Positions 54,236 through 62,356 of a stretch of 64,000 nucleotides of DNA are shown here, in pieces. The position numbers and the translations under genes are program-made. The stretch is from an uncultured Faecalibacterium sp. GTDB lineage: Bacteria; Bacillota; Clostridia; Oscillospirales; Ruminococcaceae. The stretch lies in NCBI GenBank assembly GCA_902463235.1, contig CABQER010000003.1, positions 9,297-73,296 of the forward strand, read 5' to 3'. Each line of letters begins with the position of its first letter. The first letter of the stretch is position 1. Under the pieces are notes generated by a model. That model was not told the DNA's origin. It did no database searches and saw only the letters and a program-made list of their open reading frames with translations.

Positions 54236-56251
54236 TTGGAACAACTGATCGACTTTCACGCACCGGAAGTACAGGCGGTGCTGGATACGCTACTAAAAGA
54301 TAAATCCACCGGTAAAAACATCATCTGGGCAACCGACCCGCCGGAAGAACTGCAAACGGTAATGTACGAACCGGTGACGGATAAATCCCAGATCACTGCG
54401 CAGCAGCTCTGGCTGACCCACTACGAGGTGGTGCTGCCCCGGATGATGAAGCAGACCGACACCCAGCAGCAGCGCACCCGCAAAAAAGGCGAGGTGTTCA
54501 GCCCTGCATGGGTCTGCAACAAGATGAACAACGCACTGGACGCCGACTGGTTCCGTGCGCTGGGGGCAGAGGAGAGCGCCGGGCAGTTCACGGTGGAGCT
54601 GCCCCAAGGCTGGCAGACGGTGGAAACGCCGGTGCAGTTCCCAGCGTGCAAGGGCAGGACCACGGCATGGGTGCAGTATGTGCAGAGCCGCCGTTTGGAG
54701 GTGACCTGCGGCGAAGCCCCCTTTCTGGCATCCCGGTACGATGCCGCCACCGGCGAGATGATCCCGGTAGCCCGGCGCATTGGTATTCTGGACCGCAAGC
54801 TGCGTGTGGTAAGCGAGAACGCCGCCACAGAGGACGAGTGGCGCAAATATGCCACCCATGCAGTGCAGTCCACCTACGGCTATGAGTATCAGGGAGATAA
54901 TCTTTTGTTGGCGCGGGTCAACCTGCTGCTGACCTATGCAGAGCATCTGCAAGCCTGCTGGCAGCGCAAACCCACAAAAGAAGAGTTACAGCCTATCGCC
55001 ACCATCATCAGCTGGAACCTGTGGCAGATGGACGGCCTGCGCCTGTCCGTGCCCGGCGGCAAGCCCCAGCCGGAGGCAGAACAGCTTGACCTCTTTTCCA
55101 TGTTCGGGGCGGCAGAGCCGCAGCCGCCCACGGTATCCTGTAAAGTGAAAAACTGGCGCAAGGGCAGCCATGGAACCGCCCAGAACTTTGAAACCATTCA
55201 GGAAGGGAGTACCAGCATGAAGTTTGATTATGTCATCGGAAACCCGCCGTATCAGGATGAAACCCTTGGCGATAATGGAACGTTTGCACCGCCAGTATAT
55301 AACAAGTTTCTGGATGCGTCTTATGAGATAGCAGAAAAAGTAGAGATGATTCATCCGGCACGCTTTCTGTTCAATGCTGGTTCTACGCCGAAAGCATGGA
55401 ATGAAAAAATGCTGAATGACGACCATCTCAAAATTCTTTATTATGAAGCTGATAGTAGCAAAATGTTTGTGAACACAGACATTAAAGGCGGTATTGTGGT
55501 TTCGTATCGCAATATGTTAGAGCAATATGGTGCAATAGGAACATTTACACCCTATGAAGAATTAAATAGGATTCTTTGCAAAGTCAAGCCTGCAATAAAA
55601 GTACCATTGAGCACCATGATTTCAGGCAGAGGTGTATATAAACTATCCGCTGCGGCTTTGGAAGAACACTCGGAAATTGAAAGGATTCAATCAAAAGGCC
55701 ATAAATACGATGTGGGGTCGGGTGCTTTTAAAATTCTGAAAGACATTGTGTTTTTTGAAGAAAAGCCCGTAGATACTAACGAATATGTTGCATTTCTCGG
55801 ACTTGTAAATTTGAAAAGAGTGTATTATTGGACAAAGTTGAAGTATCAAAACCCACCCAAAAGCTTTGCGGAATATAAAGTGTTCATTCCTCAGGCAAGT
55901 GGAAGCGGAGCACTGGGCGAAGTAATGTCAAGCCCGCTTGTTGAAGCTCCCTTTGTTGGAGCAACTGAAACATTCCTTTCAATTGGTGGCTTTGAAACTC
56001 GAAGCGAAGCGGAAAACTGTCTGGCTTACATAAAGACTAAATTCGTGCGAGCAATGCTTGGAGTGTTGAAGATTACGCAAGCAAATACCCGAGAAAAATG
56101 GAAATACGTTCCCCTTCAGGACTTTACCGCCCATTCCGACATTGATTGGAGCAAGTCGGTGGCGGAAATTGACCAGCAGCTTTACCGCAAGTATGACCTG
56201 ACTGCGGACGAAATCGAATTTATCGAGACCCATGTAAAGGAGATGGCATAA
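54236..56251 (+). CDS. Amino-methyltransferase (Eco57I-like, NPPY) with C-terminal specificity region
   Basis: KKGEVFSP, RLEVTCGEAPFL (motif I-like), YGYEYQGDNL, FDYVIGNPPY (motif IV), MIHPARF, WKYVPLQDF; TTG start after GAGGG. Confidence 0.88.
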   Translation: MEQLIDFHAPEVQAVLDTLLKDKSTGKNIIWATDPPEELQTVMYEPVTDKSQITAQQLWLTHYEVVLPRMMKQTDTQQQRTRKKGEVFSPAWVCNKMNNALDADWFRALGAEESAGQFTVELPQGWQTVETPVQFPACKGRTTAWVQYVQSRRLEVTCGEAPFLASRYDAATGEMIPVARRIGILDRKLRVVSENAATEDEWRKYATHAVQSTYGYEYQGDNLLLARVNLLLTYAEHLQACWQRKPTKEELQPIATIISWNLWQMDGLRLSVPGGKPQPEAEQLDLFSMFGAAEPQPPTVSCKVKNWRKGSHGTAQNFETIQEGSTSMKFDYVIGNPPYQDETLGDNGTFAPPVYNKFLDASYEIAEKVEMIHPARFLFNAGSTPKAWNEKMLNDDHLKILYYEADSSKMFVNTDIKGGIVVSYRNMLEQYGAIGTFTPYEELNRILCKVKPAIKVPLSTMISGRGVYKLSAAALEEHSEIERIQSKGHKYDVGSGAFKILKDIVFFEEKPVDTNEYVAFLGLVNLKRVYYWTKLKYQNPPKSFAEYKVFIPQASGSGALGEVMSSPLVEAPFVGATETFLSIGGFETRSEAENCLAYIKTKFVRAMLGVLKITQANTREKWKYVPLQDFTAHSDIDWSKSVAEIDQQLYRKYDLTADEIEFIETHVKEMA

Positions 56252-59200
56252 TGGCTGGCATAACCCTGCGCACTGCCCGGCAGGTAGTGCCCATGATCTA
56301 CGCCTATACCACCCCGGAAATTGCCCGGCACAACGGCTGGACGAAGATCGGCTACACCGAGCAGTCGGTGGACAAACGTCTGAAACAGCAGACTCACACC
56401 GCCGATGTGCTGTTCCACGAGGAGTGGCGGGGCAATGCCGTCTACGATGACGGCAGCGGCGAGGTGTTCACCGACCACGATTTCCACGCCTACCTCCGTA
56501 AGCTGAACGTGGAGAATGACCGCAAAAACGAGTGGTTCCATCTGGATGGGCAGCAGTCCCGGCGGTATTTTCAGGATTTCCGCATGAACCGGGGCCGGGT
56601 GCAGCTGGATGCCGCCATCGCCTACACCCTGAGGGAGGAACAGGCAAGGGCTGTCCGCGACACTAAAACCTATTACTGGAGCCACCCCGGCGGAGAATAT
56701 CTCTGGAATGCCAAGCCCCGCTTTGGCAAGACTCTCTCCGTCTACGATTTCTGCAAGCAGGTCGATGCACAGACGGTGCTTATCGTCACCAACCGCCCTG
56801 CCATTGCCAATAGCTGGTACAGCGATTATGTGCGCTTTCTGGGCAGAGAGTCCGGCTATCTCTTCGTCAGTCATGTGGATGCCCTTGCCGGGCTGCCCCA
56901 TGTGCTGGACGAGCAGGGCTATCTGGACGCCGCCGCACAGGGCGAGGAGCTGTATAAGCGCATTGAGTTCGTCAGCCTGCAGGATATGAAAGGCTCGAAA
57001 TATTTCGGCGGCGAGTACGACAAGCTGCGCCACCTGACCGAGCTGAACTGGGATGTGCTGGTCATCGACGAAGCCCACGAGGGCGTGGACACCTACAAGA
57101 CCGACCTTGCCTTTGACCGCATCCACCGCCGCTTCACGCTGCACCTGTCCGGCACGCCCTTCAAAGCGCTGGCGAACGATAAGTTTGCCGGGAATGCCAT
57201 CTTCAACTGGACCTACGCCGACGAGCAGGCAGCCAAGCGGAGCTGGCAGGGCGCACCGGGGCAGCAGAACCCCTACGCAAACCTCCCCATGCTCAACCTC
57301 TACACCTACCAGATGTCCGAGATCATCCGGGACGAAATTCAGCAGGGCGTGGAGATCGACGGCGAAACGCAGGAATTTGCCTTTGACCTGAACGAGTTTT
57401 TCAAGGTAAAGCCCAGCGGCAGCTTTGAACACGACGCCGAGGTAGACCGCTTTCTGGATGCCATGACCACCCAGAACAAGTTTCCGTTTTCCACCCCGGA
57501 GCTGCGGGCCGAACTGAAGCACACCTTCTGGCTGCTGAACAGGGTGGACAGCGCCAGAGCGCTGGCAAAAAAGCTGCAGGCGCACCCGGTGTTCCGGGAC
57601 TATGAGGTGATCCTTGCCGCCGGTGACGGCAAGCTGGACGACACGGACGAGAACCAGAAGAGCTTTGACCGGGTAAAAGCCGCCATCGCCCACCACGAAA
57701 AGACCATCACCCTGTCGGTGGGGCAGCTCACCACCGGTGTCACCATCCCGGAATGGTCGGCGGTGCTGATGCTCTCCAACCTGAAAAGCCCGGCGCTGTA
57801 TATGCAGGCGGCGTTCCGTGCCCAGAACCCCTGCCTTTTCCACGAAAACGGCACCTTCCGCCGCAAAGAGAACGCCTATGTGTTCGATTTTGACCCTGCC
57901 CGCACTCTGCTGATCTATGAGCAGTTCGCCAACGACCTTTCTCAGAACACCGCCAGCGGCAAGGGCGACACCGAGGAGCGCAAGGCGCACATCCAGACCC
58001 TGCTCAATTTCTTCCCGGTCATCGGCGAGGACGAGGAAGGGGAGATGATCCCGCTGGATGCAGAAAAAGTCCTCAGCATCCCCCGGAAGATCAAGTCCAA
58101 AGAAGTGGTGCGGATGGGCTTCCAGAGCAATTTCCTGTTCCAGAACATTTCCAACGTGTTCAGTGCGCCGCAGGAGGTGCTGGACATTCTGCAAAACTTC
58201 CAGCCCATCAGCGAAGCCAAGGCAAAGCCCATTCAGATCACCCCGGACACCGGCGCAGACCTTTCCCTGAACGACAAGGGCGAGGTGGATCTGGACGAGG
58301 GCTACGTCATCGGCAAGGCAGCGGATGTGTTCGGGGAAAAAATTTATGAGAGCATCCCGGCGCTGGACACCGCCTTGCAAGACCTGACCGATGCCCCGGC
58401 GAAAGAGGAGCATCTGGAGCCCCTGAAAAAGAGCATCACCAAGGAGATCATCACCCCCATGGTGGAGCAGGCAAAGCAGGAGTATGGGCGGGACCTGAAG
58501 CTGTCCGACCAGAAGCGGTTCGAGAGCGCCGCCAAAGCCAAGATGGACGTGGCGGTGAACAAGGTGGTGGACAACTACCGCATCGACCAGAGCCAGTTGG
58601 AGACCCAGCGCACCCAGCAGCTGCAAAGCTGCACCACCGCCCAGCAGCGCCAGCAGGTGAACCGGGAGTTTGACGCAAAGCAGCAGCAGAGCACCGCCGC
58701 CCTCATGGAGACGTTGCAAACCACCATCCAGCAGACGGCGCAGGAAATGCAGCAGACCATCGTGCGCACCGTGGAGACCAACCAGAAGGAGCAGGAGAAA
58801 AAGGGCTACGAGGACACCGTCCGTGACCACCTCCGGGGCTTTTCCCGCACCATCCCGTCCTTCCTCATGGCCTACGGCGACGAGACCGTGACGCTGGCAA
58901 ATTTTGACCAGATCATCCCGGACAAGGTCTTTCAGGAGGTCACCAGCATCACGCTGGAACAGTTCCGCTTTTTGCGGGACGGCGGGCCGTACATCAACCA
59001 AGCCACCGGACAGGAGGAGCACTTTGCAGGCCATCTGTTCGACCCGGTGGTGTTTGACGATTCGGTGAAGGAGTTCTTGAACCTGAAGGTCAAGCTGGCG
59101 GATTACTTCGACGAGAGCCGCACCGAGGATATCTTCGACTACATCCCACCTCAGAAAACCAACCAGATCTTCACTCCCAAGTGGGTGGTGAAAAAGATGG

Positions 59201-59553
59201 TGGACTTGCTGGAGCAGGAAAACCCCGGCTGCTTCGATGACCCCGGCAAGACCTTTCTCGACCCCTACATGAAGTCCGGTCTGTATATTACCGAGATCGT
59301 CAAGCGGCTCTACCGCAGCGAGAAAATGCGGCAAACCTTCCCGGATGATAACGCCCGGCTGGAACATATCTTTGCCAAGCAGGTCTATGGGCTTGCGCCG
59401 ACCGAGATCATCTACCGCATTGCTATCAGCTACATTCTGGGCTTTGCAAAGGGTCACGGCATCACCGCCCACCATATCCGTCAGGCGGATACGCTGGAAT
59501 TTGCCAAGGCGGGCACCATGGAAAGGGAACTGGATAAGATTTTCAGAGACTGA
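56251..59553 (+). CDS. GIY-YIG-like nuclease + SF2 (DEAH) helicase + C-terminal partial methyltransferase
   Basis: IYAY...KIGYT...RLKQQ...NEWF; AKPRFGKT, IDEAH, SGTP, QAAFRAQNP; Gln-rich coiled coil; QIFTP...FLDPYMKSGLY...VYG with no NPPY; TAATG coupling to the MTase gene. Confidence 0.88.
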   Translation: MAGITLRTARQVVPMIYAYTTPEIARHNGWTKIGYTEQSVDKRLKQQTHTADVLFHEEWRGNAVYDDGSGEVFTDHDFHAYLRKLNVENDRKNEWFHLDGQQSRRYFQDFRMNRGRVQLDAAIAYTLREEQARAVRDTKTYYWSHPGGEYLWNAKPRFGKTLSVYDFCKQVDAQTVLIVTNRPAIANSWYSDYVRFLGRESGYLFVSHVDALAGLPHVLDEQGYLDAAAQGEELYKRIEFVSLQDMKGSKYFGGEYDKLRHLTELNWDVLVIDEAHEGVDTYKTDLAFDRIHRRFTLHLSGTPFKALANDKFAGNAIFNWTYADEQAAKRSWQGAPGQQNPYANLPMLNLYTYQMSEIIRDEIQQGVEIDGETQEFAFDLNEFFKVKPSGSFEHDAEVDRFLDAMTTQNKFPFSTPELRAELKHTFWLLNRVDSARALAKKLQAHPVFRDYEVILAAGDGKLDDTDENQKSFDRVKAAIAHHEKTITLSVGQLTTGVTIPEWSAVLMLSNLKSPALYMQAAFRAQNPCLFHENGTFRRKENAYVFDFDPARTLLIYEQFANDLSQNTASGKGDTEERKAHIQTLLNFFPVIGEDEEGEMIPLDAEKVLSIPRKIKSKEVVRMGFQSNFLFQNISNVFSAPQEVLDILQNFQPISEAKAKPIQITPDTGADLSLNDKGEVDLDEGYVIGKAADVFGEKIYESIPALDTALQDLTDAPAKEEHLEPLKKSITKEIITPMVEQAKQEYGRDLKLSDQKRFESAAKAKMDVAVNKVVDNYRIDQSQLETQRTQQLQSCTTAQQRQQVNREFDAKQQQSTAALMETLQTTIQQTAQEMQQTIVRTVETNQKEQEKKGYEDTVRDHLRGFSRTIPSFLMAYGDETVTLANFDQIIPDKVFQEVTSITLEQFRFLRDGGPYINQATGQEEHFAGHLFDPVVFDDSVKEFLNLKVKLADYFDESRTEDIFDYIPPQKTNQIFTPKWVVKKMVDLLEQENPGCFDDPGKTFLDPYMKSGLYITEIVKRLYRSEKMRQTFPDDNARLEHIFAKQVYGLAPTEIIYRIAISYILGFAKGHGITAHHIRQADTLEFAKAGTMERELDKIFRD

Positions 59554-59576
59554 GAAATAGAATACGGCATAAAACC

Positions 59577-59616
59577 AAAGGCGGCTGTCTGCATGGGTGC
59601 AGATGGCCGCCTTTTT
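59577..59616. terminator. Terminator between convergent helicase and DUF262 genes
   Basis: AAAGGCGGCTGTCTGCA-TGGG-TGCAGATGGCCGCCTTTTT. Confidence 0.75.
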
Positions 59617-59628
59617 GTGCTATGCCTG

Positions 59629-61485
59629 TTACAAAAATGAAAGCTGTTGAACGTCCGGCAAATCGTTTTCAGGTGTGGAATGATTGGCTTTTTTCATCAT
59701 GTTTCCAATGGTTTTTTTGATGGTGGACTTGGTTTCGATCCCTTGCTTGCGCATCTTTGTATCATTGGTGTTTTTTTGAACCGAGCAGATACTGGATTTC
59801 AAGATACGATTGTAGAAGTCCATTGCCATGATATTCGTCCGCTCATTTATATCAATCGTGGACTTTCCAGCATATCGCTGAGCGATATTCCGTGCGGTAT
59901 GAAACATTGATGTTTCATAAATTTTAAGTTTGCTGGCGAAATCTTTTCCATTGCACCGTGAATTTAGGCTGTCTTCAAGAGGAATCAAATTCCCAATAAT
60001 GCCATTTTCAGGGGAATTTGTATCATCCAAGATATGTTCGATCGTGAAGGCAGCACACTGCTTACTGGCACATTTGTATCGTTCAAGGACTTCCAAAACA
60101 ACTTGCACACGTTCCTTGTTTCGGTCATCGTCGTAATACCCAGCGTGATGTGACCACCCTAAATTGGAGAATGCTTTGAGAAAGACTTCTTTGCTGGGAA
60201 GTTTATTCTTTAACTCTGAGATAAAGCATTCCAATGCGGAGTCGGAGTAGTGGTTTTCGAGAATACTGGAATTTTTGTAAATCGCATTTGTTATTTTGTT
60301 CGAATTTTCTTGTCCAATAATGGTATAGCAGATGAAAAAATCATAGAGAAACAGAAGGGTCTCCTCGTACTTCTCTTGGCTGAGGTGACCGAGTTCATAT
60401 TGATGAATTAGACTTAAAAGGATAGGACGAATTTGTTCTTGCCGATGCTTTTTGAAAAAAGCATATACTTTAAATTCAACATTCGAACAGTTAGCAGATT
60501 CCTCAGATTGAGAAGGAGAAAGAAGGCGGTTGTAGTAGATGGACTTCTGATAAATATCGTCAAGAAGCGGAACAGTTGGAATGCCTTTGTTGGAATCACG
60601 AATGAGTTTATAATCGCTGATACCTTCCTGAACAGAGGTTCTATATTTGTGGGTTGCATAATGTTTTACAAAGCGTTCGATGTTGTTACCTAAAAGCGAT
60701 TCGATCTCCGACCAAGTGGTTTTCGCAGTGTCGACATCTCCATCGGGTCTAATGCCTCTTAGAATAAAGTTCTTTAATAGTTCATGCCCTTCCAATGCTG
60801 AGCCGCGAGCGTTTAAAATCTCAAAAATCGTGTACGCATCTTCCTCGGAAGATGCGGTAATATCAACGTATAGCAGATTGTCCGTGATGGCGGTTCGTAA
60901 ATTGAGTAGGACCTGAATTGGAGAAAGAGCAGATTCTTCAATATGTTTATAAATGCTGTTTATGAAAAACACAAAGGCAGCTGCGAGATTCTTGTTGTTT
61001 CGAGAATACTGCTTTACAAGTGCTACGGTTTCAAAACACTTTGCCATATTTGGAGAAATTGAAAAGAGCCCGGTAATAATTCGCTCCAGTGCAATATATT
61101 GCTCAGACTTGATGACCATAGTTTCCTGATTTAAATCATCACGAGTGAACAAATACTGCTTTGTTCCTCGAAATTCGTCGTCAAATTCATAGCAATGAAG
61201 GCAAAAGGCTACACTTGCAAGAAAAATTGTTAGGGAAATAATCCGTTGTTGACCATCTACAATTGTAAAATAGGAGATGCCGTTTTTGCGGTCGTTCTCT
61301 TTGTAAAGAACGATACTTCCGATGAAGTGGGTTGCTTCTTTTCCGGTAGCAACGAGCAAGACATCATCAAATAACTCTTGCCAGTTTCTTTTGTTCCATA
61401 CATACTGTCGCTGGTTTCGGGGTGTTCCATAACAACGCTTGGTGAAAAGGTCGTAGACGTGTTTGTCATCTGCTTCAAAACTCAA
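59629..61485 (-). CDS. DUF262 + DUF1524(HNH) GmrSD-like protein
   Basis: PRNQRQYVW, HFIGSIV, IVDGQQR, FEILNARG, TIEHIL...IGNLIPL...N; AT-rich; TTG start after GAGG. Confidence 0.87.
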   Translation of the reverse strand: MSFEADDKHVYDLFTKRCYGTPRNQRQYVWNKRNWQELFDDVLLVATGKEATHFIGSIVLYKENDRKNGISYFTIVDGQQRIISLTIFLASVAFCLHCYEFDDEFRGTKQYLFTRDDLNQETMVIKSEQYIALERIITGLFSISPNMAKCFETVALVKQYSRNNKNLAAAFVFFINSIYKHIEESALSPIQVLLNLRTAITDNLLYVDITASSEEDAYTIFEILNARGSALEGHELLKNFILRGIRPDGDVDTAKTTWSEIESLLGNNIERFVKHYATHKYRTSVQEGISDYKLIRDSNKGIPTVPLLDDIYQKSIYYNRLLSPSQSEESANCSNVEFKVYAFFKKHRQEQIRPILLSLIHQYELGHLSQEKYEETLLFLYDFFICYTIIGQENSNKITNAIYKNSSILENHYSDSALECFISELKNKLPSKEVFLKAFSNLGWSHHAGYYDDDRNKERVQVVLEVLERYKCASKQCAAFTIEHILDDTNSPENGIIGNLIPLEDSLNSRCNGKDFASKLKIYETSMFHTARNIAQRYAGKSTIDINERTNIMAMDFYNRILKSSICSVQKNTNDTKMRKQGIETKSTIKKTIGNMMKKANHSTPENDLPDVQQLSFL

Positions 61486-62030
61486 TGAAAGTCACCTCTT
61501 TTTCAGTGGATGGATTTGACCATTTGCTAATTAAGTTCATTTTAACCCATGAGAGCCAGAAAATCAACATTAACGCTATGATTTGGAAGTTGCGGTTTAC
61601 CGATGAAAAAACGGAATGGACTGAAAAGCTAATAATATAGAAAAACCAATACTGACTTCTACATAATCGCAAGCGACAGTTATGCGACAGTATGCTAGTG
61701 CAGGCTTCATCTAACGGATGCGGTTTACGGGTTTAGGTGTTCCCAATAAACATTCCGCAAAACGAAATGCCGTTTATATGCTGACGAATTGTTGGCTTAC
61801 GCTACGGAGACTCCTAGGGGACTTTCCAAATTTCAAAGCCATTTTGTAAACCAGACCGTCAGCTTTCAACTTTGACTTGAAACTGGCGGTTATTTCATAA
61901 CCTAGATGATTTTCGAGTTCACAACACCATATCAAACAGGATAGGCTACCTTGTTCTCTATCTTTTTGCCAAAGTTTTCAGCGTGTTTTCTTGCACACTG
62001 CCGAAAGTGGCGTGTTTTCAAAACTTTTTG

Positions 62031-62059
62031 TTGACATGGCTCGATTTTTGTGGTAATCT
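62031..62059 (+). promoter_or_regulatory. sigma70-type promoter with extended -10, pointing into the hairpin array
   Basis: TTGACA (62031)-17 nt-TAATCT (62054), with TG at 62051-62052. Confidence 0.65.
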
Positions 62060-62356
62060 ATCCCAACAATTTAATATAACATATTTACTTAGAGTTCCAG
62101 CTCGGCTCCCGAAGGAGTCGGAGCAAGTTTTTGACTTTCTTATCGCTACATAACGAATCCGAACCAAGGCCATCCCAGAAGGGACGGTCAGGTTCAGGTT
62201 GTTGTGTGGCGATTTTTTATTGCAAAATCAGCAACGAACCTTGAAAACCGCATGACCGTCTGCATGGAATACACGGCGATGACCCCGCAAGGGAGAGCCG
62301 GAAAACGCCGCCGGAAGGGGGCAGGAAAGCCATGCAGGGAGAACGGCGCACCCAAT

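Noticed and set aside
61673..61693. Tandem GCGACAGT(T)AT repeat upstream of the DUF262 gene
   Set aside because: Only two copies; cannot be told from chance or assigned a function.
62260..62337. Hammerhead ribozyme
   Set aside because: GATGA and GAAA are present but the CUGAnGA core and stem arrangement do not fit.
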